From NCBI GenBank assembly GCA_026416715.1, contig JAOAEQ010000004.1, forward strand, positions 10,956 through 74,955: DNA of 64,000 bases, in the 5' to 3' direction. Made by a program: the position numbers and the translations under genes. This DNA is from a bacterium. GTDB taxonomy: Bacteria; UBP4; UBA4092; JAOAEQ01. Positions within the stretch are counted from its first letter, which is position 1. Every line of letters begins with the position of its first letter. The notes beneath the pieces were generated by a model. It had not been told where the DNA came from. It did not search any database and worked only from the letters and a program-made list of their open reading frames with translations. Below are positions 20,739 to 29,659 of this stretch, in pieces.

Positions 20739-21137
20739 ATGCAGTGGGATAAGCTGATTCATGCAGCGCAACAAGTCAGAAAAAATGCCTATGCACCATA
20801 TTCGCAGTTCAACGTTGGTGCCGCGCTGGTAACTTCATCCGGGAAGATATATACTGGTTGTAATGTCGAAAATGCGTCGTTCGGATTAACTATTTGTGCG
20901 GAACGGAACGCTATCGCAGCAGCAGTCGCGAATGGCGAAAAGAAGATTACGGCAATTGCGATTGTTGCGGATACCGAGGAATTAACACCTCCTTGTGGTG
21001 CATGCCGGCAGGTAATCTATGAATTCGGAAAAAATGCAGCGGTTATGCTCGCGAACTTGAAAGGGAAAAAGAAAATATTCCGAATAACCGAGTTACTCTG
21101 CGAACCATTTAACTTTCATAAGAAAACGAAACGTTAA
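20739..21137 (+). CDS. cdd: Cytidine deaminase
   Basis: 132 aa. CAERNAI…PCGACRQV zinc-binding motifs. Confidence 0.85.
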   Translation: MQWDKLIHAAQQVRKNAYAPYSQFNVGAALVTSSGKIYTGCNVENASFGLTICAERNAIAAAVANGEKKITAIAIVADTEELTPPCGACRQVIYEFGKNAAVMLANLKGKKKIFRITELLCEPFNFHKKTKR

Positions 21138-21165
21138 CCGCAGAGAATGTAGTACCCGCAGCGGA

Positions 21166-21798
21166 TTATCTGACCGCTTCTTTTTGTCTAACTCTTTCCA
21201 TGGATTGGTCATGCGCTTTTGATAGGAGAACTATCGCTAATGTTGCTCCGATCAACGCCATCAGCATATCTTTTTGCGCATCAAAAATATCTCCTTGCAT
21301 TCCGAGCCATTCCGCTCCTTCTTGCGGATAGAAAACTACTACCATCCACCATTCCAATAACTCATAGAATGCGCTGATAGCTAGACAGACCGCAATGCAA
21401 ATGAATCCGAGCCAACCGCCAGGTTTCAGAGGTGTTTTCCGTAGAAGCACTTCCCGAACGATGAGCGCTGGAACAAACCCTTGCATGAAATGCCCGACTC
21501 GATCGTAATGGTTCCGCGCAAGATGGAACGTATCCCGTAACCAATTGAATACCGGCATTTCCGCATAGGTATATTTCGCGCCGATTGCGAGTACTGCAAA
21601 ATGAATTCCGACCCAGATATAGACTAATCCAGAGAATCGGAATCGGTTGTAAATGACTATAAGAATCCCTATACCGATTAATCCTAAAGCTAGTTCAAAA
21701 AGCCATACGGCATAATCGAACGGGTTAATTGCAGACCAGATGAAAAACATTCCTGCAATTATCAGCATTATTATGAACGGTTTATCCTGTTTCATCAA
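21166..21798 (-). CDS. Integral membrane protein (possibly DUF2238/YjdF-like)
   Basis: 210 aa with 5-6 hydrophobic helices. The family assignment is tentative. Confidence 0.4.
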   Translation of the reverse strand: MMKQDKPFIIMLIIAGMFFIWSAINPFDYAVWLFELALGLIGIGILIVIYNRFRFSGLVYIWVGIHFAVLAIGAKYTYAEMPVFNWLRDTFHLARNHYDRVGHFMQGFVPALIVREVLLRKTPLKPGGWLGFICIAVCLAISAFYELLEWWMVVVFYPQEGAEWLGMQGDIFDAQKDMLMALIGATLAIVLLSKAHDQSMERVRQKEAVR

Positions 21799-21845
21799 CT
21801 AATTATCATATCATAGTAGCTCCTTTTTTGAAAGGAAAATGATAG

Positions 21846-21890
21846 CGGAGTGTCTACGAACGAGATAATATCTCGTTCGTAGACACTCCG
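21846..21890. repeat. 45-nt perfect palindrome with 22-bp arms, in a divergent intergenic region
   Basis: CGGAGTGTCTACGAACGAGATA-A-TATCTCGTTCGTAGACACTCCG. Every position was checked and pairs. It lies between the start of the 21798 (-) gene and the 22005 (+) start. Confidence 0.9.
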
Positions 21891-22004
21891 CAGTAACCCC
21901 TCTCGCAGTCGGATTAACATTATAGAATCAAGAAGTTGCAGAAACTTGTTTTTTCAGTATAACATTGTATATCGAACACAACTTAATTATTTACGGAGGA
22001 AGGT

Positions 22005-22895
22005 ATGTCTGAATTAAAAGTTGGTATAATTGGGTTAGATACCAGCCATAGTATTGAGTTTACCCGAAGATTGCAAGCGCCGGATTGCGCGCCTGAACAT
22101 AAAGTTAATGGAATGAGAGTCGTTACTTGCTTACGGTTTCCGTCAGCGTTCCAATCCGAACCCGACCAGGATAAACGGCAACAGATTCTCGAAAACTGGG
22201 GAGTTAAAGTTACCCGGAATCTGCAGGAAGCGGTCGCTGGCGTTGAGGTTTTAATGCTCGAAATTAACGATCCGGAACTGCATCTGGAATATTTCAAACA
22301 AATCGTCAGGTTTAGCAAACCGATTTTTGTGGATAAACCGCCAGCGGATACGGTTGCGCATGCACAGGAAATTGGGCGGTTAGCGAGCGAGAACAATGTG
22401 CGGATATTCAGTGCGTCATCGCTACGGTTTGCGCCGGAAGTTCTCCGAATAGCGAACGAAATACCGGATTCGAGAATCTGTGTATCCATCGGTTGTTTAG
22501 GGAAAGCGCCGAAAGGGAGTTCGGTAGTCTGGTATGGAGTTCATGCGGTTGAGATGGTACAGCAGGTGCTTGGAGTAGGTGCAAAAAAAGTCGTTGCCTA
22601 TCAAGATACGCTCGGAATCGTTGCGATCATCGAATATACCAATAATCGGCGGGGCGTAATTCAGCTGACGGAAAATGATTATCAATATGCCATCATGGCG
22701 CAGGATGCGAAAACTAAACAATATTATAATGTGGATACCTCACGGTTATATACCGATTTATTAATCCGAATCCGGGATTTCTTTAATGGCGGGAAAGAAC
22801 CGGTCGCTTGGAAGGAATCCGTTGAAGTCCAAGCGATTTTGAATGCTATAGACGAATCGGTTACCGCTGGGAAAGAAACGATAATCAAAATTTAG
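22005..22895 (+). CDS. Gfo/Idh/MocA-family NAD(P)-dependent oxidoreductase
   Basis: KVGIIGLDTSHS… Rossmann N-terminus and …FVDKP… motif. Confidence 0.65.
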   Translation: MSELKVGIIGLDTSHSIEFTRRLQAPDCAPEHKVNGMRVVTCLRFPSAFQSEPDQDKRQQILENWGVKVTRNLQEAVAGVEVLMLEINDPELHLEYFKQIVRFSKPIFVDKPPADTVAHAQEIGRLASENNVRIFSASSLRFAPEVLRIANEIPDSRICVSIGCLGKAPKGSSVVWYGVHAVEMVQQVLGVGAKKVVAYQDTLGIVAIIEYTNNRRGVIQLTENDYQYAIMAQDAKTKQYYNVDTSRLYTDLLIRIRDFFNGGKEPVAWKESVEVQAILNAIDESVTAGKETIIKI

Positions 22896-23080
22896 ATTTT
22901 TATTAGGAATCTCAAAACCCGTAGGGGATAACAGATTTTATATGAGAAACAATTCCCTGGTTATACGGGGTATATCGGCTATAACCTGCAGCTAGTTAGT
23001 GCCTGTGTGTGAATAGTCCCAAGAGCTTGAGCTAGGGGTATCAATATTTTCTATTAGGCAGTAATATTTTTATAAATTAA

Positions 23081-24103
23081 ATGAATGCAGGTCTCCTAAA
23101 ATTATATCCGCTCATTTTAATAGGAGCTATCGTTTCCCCATTGCATATGGTAGCGGTTGCCCGAACAGGACAAATCCCGGGATTCGAATTCAGCCCATAT
23201 TTTCAGGAGCAGGTTAAAAGTTATACTTTTGATACTGATGTAAACATCGTTATTAACGCTCCTGCCGAGAATCGGTTTAACCCGAAACGACCGATTAAAC
23301 TGATTCTCTATTTTCTGCCGAACGGGAATACCATCGAACATACTATCGGAAAAAAGCTGAAACCTGGCGATGACTGGCATTATAATATCCAGCATATCGG
23401 CGCTCAAACCCGACGATTGCGGGAAGTGATTACAAAAGAGAATATTATTGTCGCCTATCTAACGCCAACGTTTCGAAGCTGGCCGAGCTGGAGTGCGACC
23501 CATAAAGAGAACCGAAATCAATTAGTCCTGCAGATACTCGATTCGGTTACAAGCCAGCTTCCACGTCCGCCGGATGAAGTGATTCTTTCGAGCCATAGTG
23601 GCGGTGGTAGTTTCATTTTCAATTATCTAAATAGTGTTGAGTGTATCCCTGATTGGATAACTCGAATCGCATTCCTTGATAGTGTATATAACTATAATGA
23701 TGAAGAGAACAAACACGGGGAGAAACTGATTGAATGGTTGACTCGAAAGCCGAACCATTATTTGAGTATTATTTCTTACGACGATCGGAATATTATGCTT
23801 GATGGCAAACTGGTCGTTGGTTCGACTGGTGGAACCTATCGGAAAACGTATAAACTCATTGAACGGTTCCAGCAGGAGATTCCATTAACCGTTAGCTCAA
23901 CTGGAGATTATCTTCGCTGGCGAGGACTAAACGGGCAGGTTGATATCATCATTCATCCGAACCCGGAAAATAAGATATTGCATACGGTTCTGGTTGAGAA
24001 GAATGGATTTATTCATGCAATAACCGTTGGAACAAAATTTGAAAATAAAGCGGGAGTATTTTGGGGTCCAGTCGCGTATACGAAATGGATTCAAGAAGAT
24101 TAA
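23081..24103 (+). CDS. Secreted hypothetical protein, possible alpha/beta-hydrolase (S-H-S-G-G nucleophile-elbow-like motif)
   Basis: N-terminal signal-like hydrophobic segment. …VILSSHSGGGSF… matches [GAS]-x-S-x-[GAS]. No confident family. Confidence 0.4.
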   Translation: MNAGLLKLYPLILIGAIVSPLHMVAVARTGQIPGFEFSPYFQEQVKSYTFDTDVNIVINAPAENRFNPKRPIKLILYFLPNGNTIEHTIGKKLKPGDDWHYNIQHIGAQTRRLREVITKENIIVAYLTPTFRSWPSWSATHKENRNQLVLQILDSVTSQLPRPPDEVILSSHSGGGSFIFNYLNSVECIPDWITRIAFLDSVYNYNDEENKHGEKLIEWLTRKPNHYLSIISYDDRNIMLDGKLVVGSTGGTYRKTYKLIERFQQEIPLTVSSTGDYLRWRGLNGQVDIIIHPNPENKILHTVLVEKNGFIHAITVGTKFENKAGVFWGPVAYTKWIQED

Positions 24104-24214
24104 ACGCTCCCGTAACGTTCACTAGGATAACTCGCAAAGAACGCTAGGAATCCTAGATAACTTATGGAACCATTTAACGTTTCAACCAATAAACTATTCA
24201 ACAAGGAGAAACCT

Positions 24215-25546
24215 ATGAATCAACCTGAACAAGAGCAAAAACCGGTTGCTAAACCGAAACAACGCGTTGAATCCATAGATGCGTTTCGCGGGTTTACCAT
24301 TTTTGCAATGATATTCGTTATCATGGTCGCCGGATATCGGCAGCTCCCATTAACGTTTCCGCATTTCGGGAGTGTTCCGGTATCAACATTTAAACATGCC
24401 GGAGAAGATGATGGACCAACCGATTGGATGTTATGGAAACAACAGAATCCGAATTCAAAATATACCTATCGCTTAGCCAAAGTTGATGCGGAAACCGCAA
24501 CTCGGCGATATGATGTTTCGGTTATCGGTGAAAATGAAGAGACGATAGCTTCGTTTAAAGAGGTTCCGGTATGGACTTCAAAACCGTTACATCCGGGAGA
24601 AGAAGTAGTTGCGGTATATTCCGATTCAGGAACACAACCGCGGTTTCAGCAACGCGGTATCGGATGTACGTTCACCGATTTAGTTGCCCCGTTTTTTGTA
24701 TTCATCGTCGGGCTATGTATTCCGTTAAGTCGGCAGAAACGCGGCGCACAATGGTGGAAACATGTAGGATTTCGAACCATCGGATTGATTATCGCTGGCG
24801 TGATTTATATTTCGTTAATTCTAAAGTTTTCCTACTGGTGGGGGATTTTGCAAGCGATAGGAGTCGCCTATTTTATGGGTGCAACGTTTATGCTGCTACC
24901 AGCTTCAGCGAGATGGATTGCGGTGTTCGTTCTTGCTGGAGTGCATAGCTGGTTAACCTGGCATATTCCATGGTGGGTTGAATTAGGCGATAAATCCAGA
25001 CCGTTCTGGACGATAGTTACTCCGGATGGAGATATGCTTCGTCCGTTAACCGTCCATTGCACGCCTTGGGGTTCAATTTCATACGGTATCATCACTATTA
25101 TCGGAACTTTGCTCGGTGAAGCGGTAGCGACTCGGGATAAACTGAAAATTTTAAAACAATCAGTTTTGGTCGGTATCGTGTTTACGGTGGTCGGATATCT
25201 GTTGCATCAATATCATCTGCCGATGCATAAAGAGTATGTTTCTTCATCCTATGCGTTATTTACCGCTGGTATCGGCGCAATAACCTTCCTTATCTTCTAT
25301 TGGCTGATTGATGTCTGGAAACTCAAATGGGGCTGGGCATGGTTTTTCGGTGTCTTCGGAGCGAATGCGCTACTTGCGTATTTCATGCAACCGGTCGTTC
25401 GGATATTCATTTCTGCAATGGGATTCTATGACGGATTAAAAGGACATATTGGGTGGACTGGTGTAGTAGCTGGACTAGAATGGACAATGTTACTCTGGTG
25501 CGTGGTGTTATGGTGCAATAAGAAAGGACTCTATTGGAAATTATAA
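24215..25546 (+). CDS. Membrane acyltransferase-like protein (HGSNAT/DUF5009/DUF1624-like) with a large insertion after TM1
   Basis: Start placed at MNQPEQ with AAGGAG 6 nt upstream. The track ORF begins 17 codons earlier at 24164. RVESIDAFRGFTIFAMIFVIMV is the family's signature N-terminus. Multiple C-terminal TM helices. Confidence 0.5.
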   Translation: MNQPEQEQKPVAKPKQRVESIDAFRGFTIFAMIFVIMVAGYRQLPLTFPHFGSVPVSTFKHAGEDDGPTDWMLWKQQNPNSKYTYRLAKVDAETATRRYDVSVIGENEETIASFKEVPVWTSKPLHPGEEVVAVYSDSGTQPRFQQRGIGCTFTDLVAPFFVFIVGLCIPLSRQKRGAQWWKHVGFRTIGLIIAGVIYISLILKFSYWWGILQAIGVAYFMGATFMLLPASARWIAVFVLAGVHSWLTWHIPWWVELGDKSRPFWTIVTPDGDMLRPLTVHCTPWGSISYGIITIIGTLLGEAVATRDKLKILKQSVLVGIVFTVVGYLLHQYHLPMHKEYVSSSYALFTAGIGAITFLIFYWLIDVWKLKWGWAWFFGVFGANALLAYFMQPVVRIFISAMGFYDGLKGHIGWTGVVAGLEWTMLLWCVVLWCNKKGLYWKL

Positions 25547-25618
25547 TATATAATAAATTGAACATACGAACAGTTTGCGAAATAGGTAAATAATTTGGTT
25601 CTGAATTATTAGAATTAG

Positions 25619-25656
25619 AAAGCAAAGTCCGAAGTTCGGACTTTGCTTTTTCTTTT
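25619..25656 (+). terminator. Intrinsic terminator (15-bp perfect stem AAAGCAAAGTCCGAA/TTCGGACTTTGCTTT followed by a T-run)
   Basis: Perfect inverted repeat followed by TTTTTCTTTT. It lies 73 nt after the stop of the 24215-25546 gene. Confidence 0.75.
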
Positions 25657-25724
25657 AGAATCAACCGTTCTGATAGATTTTTCTCTTTGAAAAAAATCGG
25701 AAATTAGCATATAATTTTGGCACT

Positions 25725-26414
25725 ATGTATGTGTTAGAGAAGTTGAAGGGAGGACTGATTGTTTCCTGCCAGGCGCGACCGGATGAACCGTTCTATGGTT
25801 CGCAATATATGGCGTTATTTGCGAAATCCGCTGAACTCGGTGGTGCAGTCGGAATCAGAGCAAATACACCAGCAGATATCCAGGCAATCCGGCAAACAGT
25901 TTCGCTACCGATAATCGGTCTCTATAAAATCCAAACTCCCGGGTTTGACGTCTATATCACTCCTTCGAAACAAGCAGCGGAACAGGTCGCTGCCGCCGGT
26001 GCAGATATTATTGCGATCGATGCGACGTTACGCTCCCGTGCAAGTGGTGAATCGGTTAAAGAAATTATTGAGTATATCCATCGAACGCTGAACAAACTCG
26101 TTATGGCAGATATTTCGACTCTCGAAGAAGGAGTTGCTGCGGAACAATCTGGTGCAGATATGGTAAGTACTACGCTTTCTGGATATACTTCATATAGTCC
26201 ACAACAAGATGAACCGGATTTAGCGCTGGTTAAACAATTGGTAGCGCACGTAAAAATTCCGGTTATTGCGGAAGGAAGAATTCATACTCCAGAAGAATTA
26301 GTTACGGCATTTGAATATGGGGCGTATGCGGCGGTAATTGGCGGAGCGATAACGCGACCGCATGTGATTACCGCACGGTTTGTTAATGCAATACAAAAAA
26401 GAATACAACGATAA
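25725..26414 (+). CDS. nanE: N-acetylmannosamine-6-phosphate 2-epimerase
   Basis: 229 aa. …GGLIVSCQA…GAVGIR…IIAIDAT…IAEGRI… typical NanE TIM-barrel pattern. Confidence 0.75.
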   Translation: MYVLEKLKGGLIVSCQARPDEPFYGSQYMALFAKSAELGGAVGIRANTPADIQAIRQTVSLPIIGLYKIQTPGFDVYITPSKQAAEQVAAAGADIIAIDATLRSRASGESVKEIIEYIHRTLNKLVMADISTLEEGVAAEQSGADMVSTTLSGYTSYSPQQDEPDLALVKQLVAHVKIPVIAEGRIHTPEELVTAFEYGAYAAVIGGAITRPHVITARFVNAIQKRIQR

Positions 26415-26483
26415 CATATCGATTACGGCGATATACCCCGTATCGCTCGTTTCGGGAATGTAATCACCGTTATCTTATTTTCA

Positions 26484-27338
26484 ATGATTATTGATAAAGA
26501 AACGATTATTAAACAACTGCGTCAGTTTGGGTTATCGCCCGGAGATGTAGTAGTTTTGCATAGCTCGTTATCGAGTATCGGCCAGGTTATTGGCGGGGCA
26601 AATAGCGTTATCGATGCGTTAATGAATGTTATTGACCCGAATGGGACGTTGGTTGTTCCGACATTTACCTTTTCATTTAAACGGTTCGGTGAGAAACCCC
26701 CGCCGTTCTGTCCGACCGAATCCGCATCGTTATGTGGGTTGATTTCTGATACTCTGTGGCGCAGACCGGATGCACATCGGAGTTTACATCCGACCCATTC
26801 TGTAGCGGCAATCGGTTTTTTTGCACGCGAGATGGTTAAAGGACATGATAAAACTACCCCGTTAGGAATCGGGAGTCCATATCATAAATTAAGTCAAATT
26901 GGCGGGCTAGTGATGTTACTCGGAGTTGGACCAGACCAGAATTTTTTGTTATATACAGCAGAAAAACTCGCTGGAGTACCGTATCTGCATATTTCTTATT
27001 CTGATGATAAAAATGGGACCGAAATTGCGCGCGTGAAATCCGGAGATGAAATTATTGAAGTGCCAATATCTGAGGTACCGGGATGTAATGCTGGGTTTGT
27101 TAAAGCTGAGTCACTCCTTCGAGAACGAGGGATTGTGGAAGAAGGTATGGTTGGTAAAGCAAAAACCGAATTGATGAAAGCGGAAAATGTAATTGAGGTT
27201 CTATCAGAACGACTACAGAGCGACCCGTTCTTTCTATTATGTGATAATCCGGGATGTCAACTCTGTGTGAAACGGAAACGTATCACTCGGTCGAAACTGC
27301 GGGTGAATAAGCAAAAACGCAGTATCCATAAGACATAA
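26484..27338 (+). CDS. AAC(3)-family (Antibiotic_NAT fold) N-acetyltransferase
   Basis: …VVVLHSSLSSIGQVIGGANSVIDALMNVIDPNGTLVVPTFTF… is a strong match to the AAC(3) family core. Basic C-terminal tail. Confidence 0.7.
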   Translation: MIIDKETIIKQLRQFGLSPGDVVVLHSSLSSIGQVIGGANSVIDALMNVIDPNGTLVVPTFTFSFKRFGEKPPPFCPTESASLCGLISDTLWRRPDAHRSLHPTHSVAAIGFFAREMVKGHDKTTPLGIGSPYHKLSQIGGLVMLLGVGPDQNFLLYTAEKLAGVPYLHISYSDDKNGTEIARVKSGDEIIEVPISEVPGCNAGFVKAESLLRERGIVEEGMVGKAKTELMKAENVIEVLSERLQSDPFFLLCDNPGCQLCVKRKRITRSKLRVNKQKRSIHKT

Positions 27339-27381
27339 CGTATAATCTATACTCGGTTATGATATAGTTCACAATTCATGT

Positions 27382-28473
27382 ATGCAAATTAATAAAACGG
27401 AGATACACCGAATTCTCATCATTCAACCAAGCCGATTAGGCGATTGTGTTTTTTGTTTACCTACCGTTTCCTCGTTACGGAAAGAGTTCCCGCACGCATA
27501 TATTGCCTGGCTGGTTGATGACCGATGTAAAGATATTGTTATCGGGAATCCGGATTTGAATGAAGTGATTATTTTCGAGCGGAGCCGTTTCCTAGATCTA
27601 TGGGAACGGAGAAATTTCCGAGAACTCTGGCGGTTCACTATGCAGCTAAAACGAACCTTGCACGAAAAACAGTTCGATTTAGCTATCGATTTAAATGGAT
27701 TATTTAAATCCGGTCTCTTAGCATTATTAAGCGGTGCTAAATATCGGATTGGCTCGTATAACACAGTTGGAATGCGGGAATTGAGTTATCTATTTTCAAA
27801 AGAGGTTCCGATACAACCGGCTGAAGTTCATGTCGTTGACCGGCATCTTGCGACTGTTCGCTATCTTGGCGGACAACGTAATGGTGTTTATTTTCCTATT
27901 GTTTTTTCGGAAACGGATAAACAGGTGATTCAAGAGATTTTCACAACTAATGGAATCACGGAACACGATACTCTGGTCGTGATTCATCCTGGAGCCGGCT
28001 GGTTAACCCGGCGATGGTTTAAAGAACGGTTCGCGCAACTTGCAGATAAACTAATTGAGAAGTTTAATGTTCAAGTTGTGTTGGTGGGGGGGCGAGTTGG
28101 TGGAAAAGAAGAAAATGGGTTATCCGAAGAAATCGCGAATATGATGCATCATCCGGTATTGAATCTCGCTGATAAAATTTCTATCAAACAACTGGTAGCA
28201 CTCCTGCATTATACTGATTTATTTATTGGCAACATTGCGGGTCCGCTGCATATCGCTACTGCGGTTGGTGTTCCCGTCGTGGCAATAGTCGGGCCAACTG
28301 ATCCGGCAGTTGATGGGCCGTATGGCAATAATGCGATTATCATTCATAAAAAGATATCCTGTAGTTTCTGCCGGAAAAAGAATTGTCAAACCTTAGAATG
28401 TATGGATAAAATCACGGTTGATGAAGTATTATCCGCAGCGGAAATTCTATTAAAGAGAAATACAAAGAGATAA
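27382..28473 (+). CDS. ADP-heptose:LPS heptosyltransferase (GT9)
   Basis: ILIIQPSRLGDCVFCLP… and C-terminal GPxHIATAVGVPVVAI motifs. Confidence 0.8.
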   Translation: MQINKTEIHRILIIQPSRLGDCVFCLPTVSSLRKEFPHAYIAWLVDDRCKDIVIGNPDLNEVIIFERSRFLDLWERRNFRELWRFTMQLKRTLHEKQFDLAIDLNGLFKSGLLALLSGAKYRIGSYNTVGMRELSYLFSKEVPIQPAEVHVVDRHLATVRYLGGQRNGVYFPIVFSETDKQVIQEIFTTNGITEHDTLVVIHPGAGWLTRRWFKERFAQLADKLIEKFNVQVVLVGGRVGGKEENGLSEEIANMMHHPVLNLADKISIKQLVALLHYTDLFIGNIAGPLHIATAVGVPVVAIVGPTDPAVDGPYGNNAIIIHKKISCSFCRKKNCQTLECMDKITVDEVLSAAEILLKRNTKR

Positions 28474-28477
28474 CTGC

Positions 28478-29617
28478 GTGTTTTCCCACCCGAGGATTTT
28501 AATTGTAAAGATGAGTTCTATCGGTGACGTTATCCATGCGTTACCAGCAGTAAAAACGTTACGGAATCATTTTCCAGATGCGGAACTCGATTGGGTTGTT
28601 GAAGCGAAAGCAGCCGATATTTTAGTAGGGAACCCGTTAATTACCAACCTCATTTTATTCGACCGAGAGAAAATAGTTCGTTATTTTAAGTCCGGTCATT
28701 GGATACAAGGATGGCGTGAAATTCAAACGTTAAAGCAAAAGTTGCAGGAACGCAATTATACGCTATCGATAGATTTACAGGGTCTTGCTCGTTCAGCATT
28801 TATTGTTATTCTTGCCAAAGCAAAACGGAAACTCGGATGTTATGGGATGCGGGAGTTAAGCTATTTAGTTTCCAGACCGCCCAAGGCTAGGGTCCAAACC
28901 GATGTGAGCCCGAACCATTCATACGATATGACACCGAAGATAAATGCACGTTCTACGATATCTAATCCCGAAACGCTGCATGCAGTTGACCGATTGCTCG
29001 AAGTGATGAAATCAATTGATAGTCAGATTGTTCCGGTCATCGAATTTCCGATAGCGTTGACGGAAGCAGAATTCAATTTTGCGGATGAGTTTCTGAATCA
29101 CCATAAGGTTAACCTCGCTATTCCGATTATTGGAATCAATCTCGGTGCATCCAATCCGTTAAAACGGTGGCAAAAAGAAAAATTTGCTGAATTGATTGAC
29201 CGATTATCGACAGAGTTGCAGTATCAGGTTATCCTTTTCGGTGGAGAAGCGGATACTGGAATCGCACATGACGTTATCAGGTTAACCCAATCGCCACCGA
29301 TTAATGCCGTAGGAAAAACTACCTTACGGCAACTAACCGCACTGATTAAACGATGTATAGTATTTGTTTCCGCCGATACCGGTCCCTTACATATTGCCGC
29401 TGCGGTCGGTATCCCCGTAGTAGCATTATTCGGTCCAAGTGATCCGAATAAAACCGGTCCGTATACTACTCAAAAAATAGTTATTTGGAAAAAGCCGAAG
29501 TGTAGCCCGTGTTCGTTTACCACCGAATGTGATTACGGTCACAACTGTATGCAGCGCATAACGGTTAACGAAGTAGTTTTGGCTATTCAAGAGTTAACCA
29601 CGAAATCCACAAATTGA
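28478..29617 (+). CDS. ADP-heptose:LPS heptosyltransferase (GT9), second paralogue
   Basis: ILIVKMSSIGDVIHALPA… and …DTGPLHIAAAVGIPVVALFGPS…. Confidence 0.8.
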   Translation: MFSHPRILIVKMSSIGDVIHALPAVKTLRNHFPDAELDWVVEAKAADILVGNPLITNLILFDREKIVRYFKSGHWIQGWREIQTLKQKLQERNYTLSIDLQGLARSAFIVILAKAKRKLGCYGMRELSYLVSRPPKARVQTDVSPNHSYDMTPKINARSTISNPETLHAVDRLLEVMKSIDSQIVPVIEFPIALTEAEFNFADEFLNHHKVNLAIPIIGINLGASNPLKRWQKEKFAELIDRLSTELQYQVILFGGEADTGIAHDVIRLTQSPPINAVGKTTLRQLTALIKRCIVFVSADTGPLHIAAAVGIPVVALFGPSDPNKTGPYTTQKIVIWKKPKCSPCSFTTECDYGHNCMQRITVNEVVLAIQELTTKSTN

Positions 29618-29659
29618 GTGGAATATTAACTTACTGTAGGGTTAATTTGCGGTATCATT

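Noticed and set aside
26484-27338. AAC(3)-family gene as an acquired aminoglycoside-resistance determinant
   Set aside because: There are no mobile-element hallmarks (integrase, IS, integron attC) nearby, and it is embedded in a conserved-looking LPS core operon. A housekeeping acetyltransferase is more plausible, but this is unproven.
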